DNA of 64,000 nt, from assembly GCA_963753595.1 (NCBI GenBank), contig CAVWCX010000003.1, positions 32,001 to 96,000 of the forward strand, written 5' to 3'. Below are positions 51,563 to 62,152 of the stretch, piece by piece. The DNA is from Candidatus Methanoperedenaceae archaeon (GTDB lineage: Archaea > Halobacteriota > Methanosarcinia > Methanosarcinales > Methanoperedenaceae). The notes under the pieces are model-generated. The model saw only the letters and a program-made list of their open reading frames with translations, did not search any database and was not told the origin of the DNA. Positions within the stretch are counted from its first letter, which is position 1, and each line of letters starts with the position of its first letter. Both the position numbers and the translations under genes were made by a program.

Positions 51563-51717
51563 GGATTAATTTAATTATTTTAATAAGCCAAATATCTTTG
51601 CTTTAGTCTTGTTCTGTTTATGCGTGTATTTCCAGTACTTTTGTCGCACGCATTATTCGTTCAGTTTTTTCCTGGCAGGCAAGAATATATAACAAAAGCG
51701 CCTGTAAATTCCGGAAT

Positions 51718-52533
51718 ATGCAGGATGAAAATATAAACAAAATAAAAGAAATTATTGGATCAGCTGCGGGTATTTCTGATCCGGCCGAACGTTCGCGAAA
51801 ATACAGGACTATAGTGGGAATACTATCCCAGAATGCAGTACGTTCAAATGATCACCTGTATATTGAGGAAGCAATGAAGATCTCAGGAATGATCACTGAT
51901 GATCCATCCAAAGCTTATGTTGAGATAATCCGCGCCATAGCGAGAATGAATCGAAAAGATAAAAAAACATTCGATGAAACCCTTCAAATCACTGAAAAAA
52001 TAGATAATGAACTTGACCTTTCTGTTGCGCTTTATGAAATCGTATTTGCGTTTGGCAAATCCGGTATTGATAAAAAGGATAATATGATTTTTTCTGCCTC
52101 CCTTGACCTTGCAGGAAAAATACCGATGAACACATATCGTGCAATGGCTTATCGGAATATTTCAAAGGTAATGGTGGATATTGATCCGGTAAAATCACTG
52201 GAATTGCTTGATCGATCTATTGAGATACTCGAAAAAAGTGAAGGGATCAAAACAATATATCAAATTCCGGCATATTGTGATACCAGTGCGGTCCTGGCTA
52301 AACTTAATGATGATCGAAGTTACGGTTTTTTCAAAAAAGCAAGAGAAATGTCTGATAATATCATGGATGATTTTGAGAAGTCTGCGGTTTTGTTAAAAAT
52401 ATTGGAAACCTGCATTGAAATCGGAAATAAATTTGAAGATGGAAAACTTCTGGATGAGGCTTCTGAGATATCAAAGGAGATCACAAGAGAATATTATAAG
52501 ACAGCTGCAAAAAATGCATTATTAAAGAATTAA
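51718..52533 (+). CDS. Alpha-helical repeat (TPR-like) hypothetical protein
   Basis: Repeated A..I...Y.R/K..A helical pattern. Confidence 0.6.
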   Translation: MQDENINKIKEIIGSAAGISDPAERSRKYRTIVGILSQNAVRSNDHLYIEEAMKISGMITDDPSKAYVEIIRAIARMNRKDKKTFDETLQITEKIDNELDLSVALYEIVFAFGKSGIDKKDNMIFSASLDLAGKIPMNTYRAMAYRNISKVMVDIDPVKSLELLDRSIEILEKSEGIKTIYQIPAYCDTSAVLAKLNDDRSYGFFKKAREMSDNIMDDFEKSAVLLKILETCIEIGNKFEDGKLLDEASEISKEITREYYKTAAKNALLKN

Positions 52534-52758
52534 CCAGGATAAAGATTATCTGGACTATTTTGGCACACTTAAAAGCAATGTAGCGATCAGGGCAAGCACC
52601 CATAATACAATTTTTTCTTTTGTTATTTTATTATTCATCCTATCTATCCAATTAATCCTATTGTCCATCATAAAAATAAAGCTATTGGATGAAAATTAAT
52701 TATGTTGGGTATCCTGGATGGATAAAATATTTCTGTCGGTAGATGCAACCTGATACTC

Positions 52759-53046
52759 ATGCTAATTGAACAGATCAATCTTGAAAAGGGGAGCGCTATC
52801 GGACTTAAAATGGATATGGAACATGCCCCGCTGCTGGTTATCCGCGCAGGGTGCGGTTTTGTGATGTGCGGATATCTCAATATGGATATTGCTAATAAAC
52901 TCGGGGATGTGGCCGTAAGGGTTACCGGAGTCAAGAGTTTTGAGGATGTTTTGAACGCAAAAGCTGTGGATGTTTCCGAAAGTGCGAAGAACCGGGGGAT
53001 AATGGTTGGAATGGCTGCCAGGGAAGCGCTGAACAGGATGTTTTGA
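52759..53046 (+). CDS. YunC/DUF1805 family protein
   Basis: GFVMCGYLN, VTGVKSFEDVL, GMAAREAL. Confidence 0.85.
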   Translation: MLIEQINLEKGSAIGLKMDMEHAPLLVIRAGCGFVMCGYLNMDIANKLGDVAVRVTGVKSFEDVLNAKAVDVSESAKNRGIMVGMAAREALNRMF

Positions 53047-53193
53047 TATTTTACTCTTTTAAATGGATTTTTTAATAATTTCCTGGTGATCCAAAGAAAT
53101 GTCCAAAAGTATTAAGTATCCATTGCTCTATTAAACGCATGATTTTGTGAATACTTTTCACATTTTAATCATATTATACCTGGAGGAAATTAA

Positions 53194-53775
53194 TTGGCAG
53201 TTACAAAAACAGAAGGCTGGAAAGCAAAGAAATGGTACAACCTTGTTGCGCCTGACATGTTCGGGAAATCAAACATCGGAGAAACCATTGCTGATGAGCC
53301 GGAAAAGTTGGTAGGAAGAAACATCGAAGTCACACTTGGGGAGCTGACAAATGATCTTTCCAAGCAGAATACCAAGCTGATCCTGAAAATTGACCGCGTG
53401 GGCGGAGATGTCGCTTATACAAAATACATGGGACATCAACTGACCCAGGATTACCTGCGCTCACTTGTTAAGAGAGAAACATCATCTGTTGAAACAAATG
53501 TTTCAGTAAAAACAAAGGACGGTTATACCATTAGAGTAAAACCTTCGTGTTTTACCATAAAAAGGGCACGTGAAGCCCAGGTAAAAGCTATCCGCCAGAT
53601 AATGAACAAGGTTATTGAAGCAAGAGCCGGTGAAATGGATATGGAGCAGTTCGTCCAGGATGTTGTAACCGGGAAACTCTCTGCCAGTATATACCATGAT
53701 GTAAAACCCATCTATCCTCTTCGCAGGGTAGAGGTCAGAAAAACAGAAATTGAGGCCGAACCAGTAGCCTCATAA
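53194..53775 (+). CDS. rps3ae: 30S ribosomal protein S3Ae (eS1)
   Basis: WKAKKWY..AP..F, DYLRSLVKR, IYPLRRVEVRK; TTG start after GGAGG. Confidence 0.95.
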   Translation: MAVTKTEGWKAKKWYNLVAPDMFGKSNIGETIADEPEKLVGRNIEVTLGELTNDLSKQNTKLILKIDRVGGDVAYTKYMGHQLTQDYLRSLVKRETSSVETNVSVKTKDGYTIRVKPSCFTIKRAREAQVKAIRQIMNKVIEARAGEMDMEQFVQDVVTGKLSASIYHDVKPIYPLRRVEVRKTEIEAEPVAS

Positions 53776-53804
53776 TTCTTTTTTTTTTGTTTTTTTAAAA
53801 AATT

Positions 53805-54503
53805 TTAGAGATTGTTTTTTCTCTTCAATTCATTTGCTTTTTCTTTTAATCGCTCATTATCCATCTTCAGCATCATGAGTGTCGCTGCCAGCAGGAAATA
53901 TGCAGCAAAATTGATAAGGAGATAATACAGGACTACTCCGCCTATACCTCCACCTCCGCCGCTGGGACATGGCGGGACAACGCAGGGATGCATTTTTGAA
54001 TAGAAACGTACAGAAAGAAAACTTATCGGGACACTTATAAAACCGATTATACCAAAAACCGCTGATAACCGCGCTCTTTTTTCAGGCTCCTCTACTGCCT
54101 GGCGGATCATCAGGTAAGACAGGTATATCAAAAACAGGATAAGTGAGGTATTCAACCTGACATCCCATGATACCCAGTATGCGCCCCATGCAGATTTTCC
54201 CCATATTGACCCGCTCACAAGTGTCAGGAAGGCAAATACCACCCCGACTTCAGCCGCTGATAACGATAGCATGTCCCATTTTTGTTTCTTGCTTCGAAGA
54301 TATAAAATACTTGAAACAAATACAATTGCAAATGACAGGTATGCAGATATCGCTATGGGAAGATGGAAATAGAATATTTTGAAGTTATTGGGGTCACCAG
54401 CTGCCGAACCGGGATCTATGGGAACGGGTGCTACGAAGAACAAGAGGTACATTGAAACAATTACTAATATTGCGGTTAAGGCATAAACAATTTTTTTAAG
54501 CAT
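53805..54503 (-). CDS. ccmC: Cytochrome c maturation heme chaperone loader CcmC
   Basis: IFYFHLP, SGSIWGKSAWGAYWVSWDVRL (WWD domain), MHP. Confidence 0.9.
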   Translation of the reverse strand: MLKKIVYALTAILVIVSMYLLFFVAPVPIDPGSAAGDPNNFKIFYFHLPIAISAYLSFAIVFVSSILYLRSKKQKWDMLSLSAAEVGVVFAFLTLVSGSIWGKSAWGAYWVSWDVRLNTSLILFLIYLSYLMIRQAVEEPEKRARLSAVFGIIGFISVPISFLSVRFYSKMHPCVVPPCPSGGGGGIGGVVLYYLLINFAAYFLLAATLMMLKMDNERLKEKANELKRKNNL

Positions 54504-54531
54504 ATTATTTCCCTAATTAGTTCGCATGTCT

Positions 54532-54563
54532 CATAATATTATCCGTCACATAATATTATCCGT
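54532..54563. promoter_or_regulatory. Two 15-bp direct repeats, each containing palindrome ataatattat, upstream of ccmC
   Basis: cataatattatccgt at 54532-46 and 54549-63. Confidence 0.4.
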
Positions 54564-54617
54564 ATATCATCAATTTATCAATTTTATTTCAAGAAAAAAT
54601 ATATTATTAGATTTTTA

Positions 54618-55307
54618 TCAATCTTCGATCGTATATTCAAACACCATTTGCGCTACTACAAAAAAAATGATGTCATACACTACAAGTATCTGCATCTCTC
54701 CCGCAACATCCGAAAAATCACCATTTGCAAGCATCGTTCCGGTCGCGGTTACTGCCGAAAGTATCACAGGGATAAGAACCGGAAATAAAATAACCGGAAG
54801 AAGGATCTCGCGGGTTCGTGTATTTACAGTGAGCGCCGATAAAAGTGTTCCCACAAAAATGAACCCGAAAGTACCAAGGATGATCACAACGATCAGGCCC
54901 GGAAGGTTTTTAATATCATAACTGAAAAGCACAACAAATATCGGTAACGTTGCCATCTCCATAAGGAACATCAAAACCGCATTTGATAAAACTTTCCCAT
55001 TATATATTTCGCTCCTGTCGGCCGGGCAAAGTTTCAGTCCTTCAAGGCATCCTTCTTCCTTTTCACCTGCAAAAGACCGGGATAGTCCGAGCATCCCTGC
55101 AAACGTGAACGCTATCCAGAGCATTCCCGGGGCAAGAAGGTCAACTATCCTTTTATTAAGATTTGACACGAATATCGTGGCTTCATTCCCGAATGCAAAG
55201 CTAAAGATAACTATCACAAGAAGTGCGAAGATCACCATGGAATTCAGCATCTGCTTTGTGCGAAATTCCGCTTTCAGGTCTTTTTTTGCGATTTCAAGGA
55301 ACTTCAT
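54618..55307 (-). CDS. ccmB: Heme exporter permease CcmB
   Basis: KDLKAEFR, APGMLW, EKEEGCLEGL, EILLPVILFPVLIP. Confidence 0.9.
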   Translation of the reverse strand: MKFLEIAKKDLKAEFRTKQMLNSMVIFALLVIVIFSFAFGNEATIFVSNLNKRIVDLLAPGMLWIAFTFAGMLGLSRSFAGEKEEGCLEGLKLCPADRSEIYNGKVLSNAVLMFLMEMATLPIFVVLFSYDIKNLPGLIVVIILGTFGFIFVGTLLSALTVNTRTREILLPVILFPVLIPVILSAVTATGTMLANGDFSDVAGEMQILVVYDIIFFVVAQMVFEYTIED

Positions 55308-56017
55308 TTTCGTTCCTCCACGTGTTTTTCATAAACAGCCCTGCACTGCAGCAGGTCATTGATCTCGTTCTCGGTCATCTCATGGGCAATATGCCCGCCT
55401 GCCAGGATTATTGCCCTGTCACACAATGAAATGCCATGCTCCAGGTCATGAGAAATAAGGATTCTTGTTTTATCCGTAGCATTCATCCCCCCGAGTATCC
55501 TGTCAAATGTTGCTATGGCATGCTGGTCCAATCCAGTATAGGGTTCATCAAGAAAAAGAATCGGAGGGTCGTGAATAAGTGCTCTTGCAATTGATAAGCG
55601 CTGTTTCATCCCGCGGGAGAACGTCCTGACGCGGTCGTTTTTCCTGTAGGTCAGACCCACCTGCTTTATCAGGTCTTCGATCCGTTCTTCAAGCCCTGGT
55701 GTGTCATACATCTTCCCGAAGAACCTGAGATTTTCAGCTGCTGTCAATTCGGTGTAAAGATAAGTTTCATGTGAGATCACACCTATTTTTTTCCTGATCT
55801 TGATTGGTTCTTCTTTAATATCAAGACCTTCGATAAGCACCTTCCCGGATGTAGGAGTGACAAGTGTTGCCATTATCTTGATGAGAGTGGTTTTACCCGC
55901 GCCGTTTGGGCCAAATATTGTGAGGAATTCCCCCTTTTCTATCTTGAGATTGATATTACGAAGGACAACATTCGTACCAAATGCCTTTGAAAGTTTTTCA
56001 ATAGATATTATATTGAT
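55304..56017 (-). CDS. ccmA: Heme exporter ATPase CcmA
   Basis: Frame extends upstream of 55873 through GPNGAGKTT; FSRGMKQR, FLDEPYTGLD; no ATG/GTG/TTG start, so the 5' end is approximate. Confidence 0.85.
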   Translation of the reverse strand: MNIISIEKLSKAFGTNVVLRNINLKIEKGEFLTIFGPNGAGKTTLIKIMATLVTPTSGKVLIEGLDIKEEPIKIRKKIGVISHETYLYTELTAAENLRFFGKMYDTPGLEERIEDLIKQVGLTYRKNDRVRTFSRGMKQRLSIARALIHDPPILFLDEPYTGLDQHAIATFDRILGGMNATDKTRILISHDLEHGISLCDRAIILAGGHIAHEMTENEINDLLQCRAVYEKHVEERK

Positions 56018-56130
56018 TTCTCCTGTTCGATACTAGATAATCTCATACATGCTTTATATTTTCTGTAATAAAGAATTAATCTTCCAGCAGACCATTAAAT
56101 CTTTATTGACATACGCTAATTTATGAAAGG

Positions 56131-57414
56131 GTGATTTATATCAAACCGGTACTCCAGGTAGCTCTTGATGTTCTAGAGACAGAACGCGCCATCCAGATCG
56201 CTAAAGAAGCAATAGAGGGCGGAGCTGACTGGATAGAAGCAGGAACACCGTTGATCAAAAGTGAAGGCATGGATGCTGTGAGGAAATTAAAAGCGGCGTT
56301 CCCTGACACGGTTATCCTGGCTGATATGAAAACGGTTGACACAGGAGCGATGGAAGTGGAAATGGCAGCCAAAGCCGGTGCCGATATCATTATCCTGCTC
56401 GGAAGAGCAGATGATTCCACGATACAGGACGCCATAAGATCAGCGCGCAAATATGGTGTTAAAATAATGGCCGACCTTATCTCTGCAGGAAACCCGATAA
56501 AAAGAGCAAAAGAGCTTGCAGAACTTGGTATCGATTATATGAATATTCATGTCGGGATCGACCAGCAGATGATGGGAGAAGATCCGCTTTCGATCCTCAA
56601 GTCGCTTAAGATGAATATACCCATTGCGGTCGCAGGAGGGATTGATGCAAAGAGCGCAGCAGCAGCGGTATTATCCGGCGCAAGTATCATCATCGTTGGC
56701 GGAAATATCGTCCGGTCATCCAATGTTACAATATCGACAAGAGCGATACGTGAAAGTTTAGATATGCCGCAGTTATCAATTGCACCGAAAAAATCTATCG
56801 ATGAGAAAACGATCGAACTGCTAAAACTTGTATCCACACCCAATATCTCTGATGCAATGCACAGGAAAGGCGCTATGAAAGATATCCTTTCGGTTTGCCA
56901 GGGGGCAAAAGCAGTGGGAAGAGCAGTTACAGTTCAGGTATTTCCCGGGGATTGGGCAAAATCCGTTGAGGCAATAAATGTGGCACTTCCTGGTGATGTG
57001 ATCGTTATCAATAACAATAGCACTCATGTTGCCCCGTGGGGAGAACTTGCGACATTGAGCAGCATCAATAAAGGCGTAGCAGGCGTTGTAATAGATGGGG
57101 CGGTAAGAGATGTTGATGAAATCAGGCGGCTTAATTTTCCTGTTTTTGCAACATCAATTGTCCCGAATGCAGGCGAGCCAAAAGGTTTCGGGGAGATAAA
57201 TGCCGAGATACAGTGCGGGGGGCAGACCGTAAAACCAGGGGATTTTATCGTTGGAGATGATAATGGCGTTGTCGTAATACCACGGGAACGCGCATATGAG
57301 ATAGCAAGGCGCTCAGTTGAGGTTGAAAAGAACGAGCGGCGAATACGTGATGAAATAAAAAGGGGAAAAACGCTTTCTGAAGTATTATATCTTGAGAAAT
57401 GGGAAAAGAAATAG
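56131..57414 (+). CDS. 3-hexulose-6-phosphate synthase fused to a RraA-like domain
   Basis: [33 protein letters not shown]; [20 protein letters not shown]. Confidence 0.88.
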   Translation: MIYIKPVLQVALDVLETERAIQIAKEAIEGGADWIEAGTPLIKSEGMDAVRKLKAAFPDTVILADMKTVDTGAMEVEMAAKAGADIIILLGRADDSTIQDAIRSARKYGVKIMADLISAGNPIKRAKELAELGIDYMNIHVGIDQQMMGEDPLSILKSLKMNIPIAVAGGIDAKSAAAAVLSGASIIIVGGNIVRSSNVTISTRAIRESLDMPQLSIAPKKSIDEKTIELLKLVSTPNISDAMHRKGAMKDILSVCQGAKAVGRAVTVQVFPGDWAKSVEAINVALPGDVIVINNNSTHVAPWGELATLSSINKGVAGVVIDGAVRDVDEIRRLNFPVFATSIVPNAGEPKGFGEINAEIQCGGQTVKPGDFIVGDDNGVVVIPRERAYEIARRSVEVEKNERRIRDEIKRGKTLSEVLYLEKWEKK

Positions 57415-57453
57415 AAATACAAAACATTCAATAACAAATAATTAAATGTAATA

Positions 57454-58116
57454 ATGATGACCTCTGAACTCACATTCTTTATTTCTGTTTTCTCTGCGAT
57501 CTTTTCGATCGTAAACCCTGTCAGCGGTGTGATGGCATTCGTTTCCATAACATCCAACATGAAAGAAGAAGATAAGAATTATGTGGCAAAACGTTCGGCA
57601 GTTATTGGTTGTATTATTGCGATAATATTTACGATATCCGGAAATTATATTATGGAATTTTTCGGTATTACTGTGGATTCTCTTAGAGTGGCAGGTGGAA
57701 TTCTACTTTTTCTTGTCGCTATTGATATGCTTTTTGCAAGAACTTCAAGAGAAAGTATTACATCCGAAGAAGTATCTGAGGCTGTGCAAAGGGAGAACAT
57801 CTCTATTTTTCCAATGGCTATGCCCATGCTGACAGGACCTGGGGCCATAACTACCATAATCCTGTATATTACAAAAGGAATTGAGGATTTCAATCTTAGC
57901 CTTGAAACTGTGAAATTGCTGGAGGTTGGAGCAATACTACTTACATTTTTCATAACTTTCCTTATCTTTCGATTTTCAGATTATTTCAGAAAGGTCGCAG
58001 GAATGACGGGCATGCTTGTGATGACACGGCTTATGGGTCTTTTCCTTGGAGCCATAGCAGTCGGTTTTATTGCTGATGGGATATGGAATATTTATAATCT
58101 TAAGCTAACGGGTTAA
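57454..58116 (+). CDS. MarC-family membrane protein
   Basis: IVNP, FGIT..LRVAGG, PMLTGPGAIT, TRLMG. Confidence 0.9.
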   Translation: MMTSELTFFISVFSAIFSIVNPVSGVMAFVSITSNMKEEDKNYVAKRSAVIGCIIAIIFTISGNYIMEFFGITVDSLRVAGGILLFLVAIDMLFARTSRESITSEEVSEAVQRENISIFPMAMPMLTGPGAITTIILYITKGIEDFNLSLETVKLLEVGAILLTFFITFLIFRFSDYFRKVAGMTGMLVMTRLMGLFLGAIAVGFIADGIWNIYNLKLTG

Positions 58117-58123
58117 AGGCTAA

Positions 58124-59617
58124 ATGAAAAAAAATGTCCTGGTAGTTACCGGAAAGCTTGCAGCCAATACAGTAAAAGCCTCTGTTAATGGCGGGGCTGA
58201 TGTTCTTGTTCTTGATATCGAGGTCGCGGCATTTACAACCCCGGCTTTGCTGAGGCGTTCTCTTCCTCCAAAAAAATTCGACCTGATACTTATTCCCGGC
58301 CTGGCATCTGGGGATTTTCAAGGACTTGAAAAAGAACTTGGCATTCCGGTAAGACTTGGACCAAAGCATGCAGTGGACCTTGGTTTTGTTCTCTCTTTTT
58401 CAGAAGGGGTAAATTTTTCATCCAGGATACCGGCATGCGAGCTATTGATCGAGAAAAAGCGTTCCAATGCATTCCAGAAGGTCTCTCTACTGGAGCAACT
58501 TGCAGATTCACCTTTATCTTTACGATCAGTGAAGATCGGGGGAAATTCCCGCATGAAGGTGATGGCTGAAATCGTAGGAGCCGGCTCGATGAGCAGGAAG
58601 GAGCTTACGGATAAAATTATTTATTTTGTAGAAAGCGGGGCGGATATTATTGATCTCGGGATTTCATTGGATACATCAATAGGAAAGGTCAGGACTGCTG
58701 TTGAAACTGCAAGATCCGTAACTGATATTCCCCTGAGCATTGATACGCTTGATCCTGATTTAATAAATGAGGCAATTGATGCGGGAATAGATATTGTTTT
58801 GAGCCTTAATTCAAAAAATATCGATAAAGTAAAAGATAAAATAATCCGGCATCACACGGCTTCGGTTGTAATTCCTGACCAGACAGGTGATATTGAAAGT
58901 CTTTTCCAGAACATAAGATCAGCCCGTGATTCCGGGATAAGGAATATCATCGCTGACCCAGTGCTTGAACCTGCAGGTCATGGTCTTACACAGTCGATCA
59001 ACAGGTATTATGAATTCAGGAAACGCGACGCAACTACACCCTTATTTTTCGGTGTGGGTAACGTGACTGAGCTTGTTGATGCAGATTCTATCGGGATCCA
59101 TGCAATTCTTACAAGCATTGCAATGGAGCTTGATGCAAACATCTTATTTACACCGGAATTCAGCCATAAGGCCCATGACAGTGTCAACGAATTAAAGACC
59201 GCATCAATTATGATGATGCTTTCCAGGGACAGGAAAAGCGCGCCAAAAGACCTTGGCGTTGATATGCTGGCCATTAAGGAAAAACGCAGGCGTGAATTCG
59301 GGGTGATGCCGGAATCCAGTATTGAAGCAAAAGGCAGTGCAAAATGGCATCTTGACCCGGCTGGATGTTTTAAGATCGAATTGACAGATGACCAGATCCT
59401 CAAAGGTAAGGTGATCCCTGGAAAAATAATTGTTCGAAATATTATTGATAAAAATGATCCAATAGCAGGGTCGACCGCGAAAGATATACTTGATACTATT
59501 ATCGAACGCGGGTCTATTTCGCGTCTTGACCATGCTGCTTATCTGGGGAGAGAACTTATGAAAGCTGAAATTGCATTGAAATTCAAGAGGAGCTATTCCC
59601 AGGATGACAAATTTTGA
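58124..59617 (+). CDS. Dihydropteroate synthase-like protein (methanopterin pathway) with DUF4346-like tail
   Basis: VTGKLA, GADIIDLG, SIDT, FFGVGNVTELVDADS, DHAAYLGREL. Confidence 0.85.
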   Translation: MKKNVLVVTGKLAANTVKASVNGGADVLVLDIEVAAFTTPALLRRSLPPKKFDLILIPGLASGDFQGLEKELGIPVRLGPKHAVDLGFVLSFSEGVNFSSRIPACELLIEKKRSNAFQKVSLLEQLADSPLSLRSVKIGGNSRMKVMAEIVGAGSMSRKELTDKIIYFVESGADIIDLGISLDTSIGKVRTAVETARSVTDIPLSIDTLDPDLINEAIDAGIDIVLSLNSKNIDKVKDKIIRHHTASVVIPDQTGDIESLFQNIRSARDSGIRNIIADPVLEPAGHGLTQSINRYYEFRKRDATTPLFFGVGNVTELVDADSIGIHAILTSIAMELDANILFTPEFSHKAHDSVNELKTASIMMMLSRDRKSAPKDLGVDMLAIKEKRRREFGVMPESSIEAKGSAKWHLDPAGCFKIELTDDQILKGKVIPGKIIVRNIIDKNDPIAGSTAKDILDTIIERGSISRLDHAAYLGRELMKAEIALKFKRSYSQDDKF

Positions 59618-60746
59618 TATTATAAAACAATTATCCGATGACACTGACATTAAAGAAATTCTGGACCGTGCACTGAATAACGGCACATTTGATAAAAATG
59701 ATAATATAAATGATGGTATCGATCCACTTGATCTGGATGATGGGAAAAAACTGCTTGAATGTAATGATCTTAATCTCCTGGGAGCAGCCGCAGATACTTT
59801 ACGAAAAAGAAGCGCCGGGGATCTTGTCACTTTTGTCATTGACCGTAATATAAATTATACGAATATCTGTACATCCAAATGCAAATTCTGCGCTTTTTAC
59901 CGTGAACCCGATGCAAAGGACGCTTATGTGCTAAGCATTGAGAAGATACTTGAAAAAGTTGACGAAGCTGTCAGGCTGGGAGCGACCCAGATACTCATAC
60001 AGGGGGGATTGAACCCTGATATTCCCATTGAATATTATGAAAAAATGCTAAAAGAAGTTAAGAAAAAGTTCCATGTCCAGATGCATGCGTTCTCGCCTCC
60101 TGAGATCGTGCATATCTCAAAATTATATGGCGCCGGTATAAAAGAAACGATCTCACGCCTGCATGAAGCGGGTCTTGATTCAATACCGGGGGGTGGAGCA
60201 GAGATCCTTGATGACAGGGTGAGGGATTCAGTCTCGCCTGAAAAGATCGGGTGGAAGAAATGGCAGGAAGTAATGCTGGCAGCGCACTCTCTGGGTATGC
60301 CCACAACTGCAACAATGGTCTTCGGGCATGAGGAAACCACAGAAGAAAGGATAAAACACATAATCAGGGTGCGCGATATGCAAAAACATTATCATGGTTT
60401 TACTGCATTTATACCGTGGACATTCCAATCTGAGAATACAGAATTGCCCGGGACTTCAACAGGGATAGATTACCTCAAAATGGTTGCTGTATCAAGAATT
60501 CTTCTTGATGGTCATATTAAGAACATCCAGGCTTCATGGGTGACACAGGGAATAGAAGTTGCGCAAATAGCATTGGACTTTGGTGCAAATGATCTTGGGG
60601 GAACAATGATCGAGGAAAATGTTGTCCGTGCGGCAGGTGTGCCGTTCCACAGTAAGAGCATTGACGAATTTATTCATGCTGCAAGGAAATTGGGACGTCC
60701 TGTGGCCAAAAGAGATACATTGTATAATATCATTGAACGATTTTAG
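59604..60746 (+). CDS. mqnC: Cyclic dehypoxanthinyl futalosine synthase (radical SAM)
   Basis: DRNINYTNICTSKCKFCAF, SIPGGGAEIL, AFIPWTFQ, QASWVTQG, EENVV. Confidence 0.85.
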   Translation: MTNFDIIKQLSDDTDIKEILDRALNNGTFDKNDNINDGIDPLDLDDGKKLLECNDLNLLGAAADTLRKRSAGDLVTFVIDRNINYTNICTSKCKFCAFYREPDAKDAYVLSIEKILEKVDEAVRLGATQILIQGGLNPDIPIEYYEKMLKEVKKKFHVQMHAFSPPEIVHISKLYGAGIKETISRLHEAGLDSIPGGGAEILDDRVRDSVSPEKIGWKKWQEVMLAAHSLGMPTTATMVFGHEETTEERIKHIIRVRDMQKHYHGFTAFIPWTFQSENTELPGTSTGIDYLKMVAVSRILLDGHIKNIQASWVTQGIEVAQIALDFGANDLGGTMIEENVVRAAGVPFHSKSIDEFIHAARKLGRPVAKRDTLYNIIERF

Positions 60747-61065
60747 ACAATTTATTCTTTTTTATGACCAATAAGCTTTATTACTATGTCAAAACAACTG
60801 ATACACGAGGTTGGGGTTAACGGCAAAAAGACCTATCCTATCCTATCCAAAATTTGAATTTTTACCCAACCTCTAAGGCCTGAAATAGCATTTATTTTTA
60901 AACAATTAAAGATAATTTCAGAAACGTATCACAATATATATAACTAAGAATGTAATTATTATATATAAAGAAATAAAGGGAAAAAAGGTTAGCAAAAATA
61001 ATGTTTGGCGGGTAAGGTTCTAAGATACAATAGTTGATGATCTTAGAACATTAAGGACTAATCAT

Positions 61066-61197
61066 ATGCTGGAAACTCCTGAAGAACGAGTGAAATTACT
61101 AAAAGCAGGCATTACTGGTAAAAAAATTGAAGAGCTTTATATTTCAGGGAATAAAATCAGAATCCTGAATCATCCGGTTCTTTTTGAGGTCGAATGA
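61066..61197 (+). CDS. 43-aa small protein (not in the ORF track)
   Basis: MLETPEERVKLLKAGITGKKIEELYISGNKIRILNHPVLFEVE after an AAGGA RBS-like site. Confidence 0.55.
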   Translation: MLETPEERVKLLKAGITGKKIEELYISGNKIRILNHPVLFEVE

Positions 61198-62134
61198 TAA
61201 TGGAATATATCCTATTGGCGATATCCTCCACGAGGTCCCTATTTTCAAGGCCATTGATCCATTTTTTCGAAAAACACTCAATACCGTGAAGTGCTCCGCA
61301 CAACGCACCTGTTATACAGCCGATAGAATCAGTATCACCGCCGGCGTTCACGGCTTCGATGATACCCATTTCAGGGTCATCAAAATATCTGGAAAAACAA
61401 TAAAAAGAGCAAGGGACAGTATCGTACACGTAATAAGATGTTCCAAGTCTGGAAAAAACCACATCTGGCAATTCACTTCGCAATTCGTAAGCCAGCTCAA
61501 TCTTCTTTGCAAGGCCAATGTCATGGATCGATGCTCTTTCGCAGGTTATCCTCAATATTTCCGAAAGATCACATCCATCAAGCGCACATCGGACGGCTGC
61601 CGCGACTGCCACTGCGCCTGCGATCGCCCCTTTACTTTTATGTGTTGGGATCGAGGAAAGGGCTGCATTAGATTCCACCTTTTCCAGGCGATCATAAAAA
61701 AGTCCGATAGGTGCAACCCTCATAGCAGAACCACATGATGGGATATCACTCCCCGATTCTTTCCAGCCAATACCGGAATTTAATTTCTCAATAGCAGAAG
61801 AACTTGAAGGACCAAGAAATGAACATCTTGCAGGATCATTTCGGACGTCTGTTCCCCATTTTGCGATCCTGCTGGCAAAATCCGCTGCATCAAATCCATT
61901 ACAGGCGATCAAAGATCTGGCAAGGACAAGCATTTGTTCAGTATCATCCGTATATTGTCCTGCCCTTAATTTCTCCCCCAGGCTTCCGATCGGCGCCCTC
62001 CCATGGTCCTTTATGTACCCCATTTTGAGAATTTCTTCTCTTCGTACCCCTTCATTTTGTTTGCCCAAGGCATCACCTATTGCAGCCCCAAGCATACAGC
62101 CAGTGTATTTGTTTTTTAATTCATCAGATCCCAT
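61157..62134 (-). CDS. ADP-ribosylglycohydrolase family protein
   Basis: GAAIGDALG, YTDDT, GSAMRVAP, GGDTDSIG. Confidence 0.92.
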   Translation of the reverse strand: MGSDELKNKYTGCMLGAAIGDALGKQNEGVRREEILKMGYIKDHGRAPIGSLGEKLRAGQYTDDTEQMLVLARSLIACNGFDAADFASRIAKWGTDVRNDPARCSFLGPSSSSAIEKLNSGIGWKESGSDIPSCGSAMRVAPIGLFYDRLEKVESNAALSSIPTHKSKGAIAGAVAVAAAVRCALDGCDLSEILRITCERASIHDIGLAKKIELAYELRSELPDVVFSRLGTSYYVYDTVPCSFYCFSRYFDDPEMGIIEAVNAGGDTDSIGCITGALCGALHGIECFSKKWINGLENRDLVEDIANRIYSIIIRPQKEPDDSGF

Positions 62135-62152
62135 TTGAAAATTTGGATTTTC

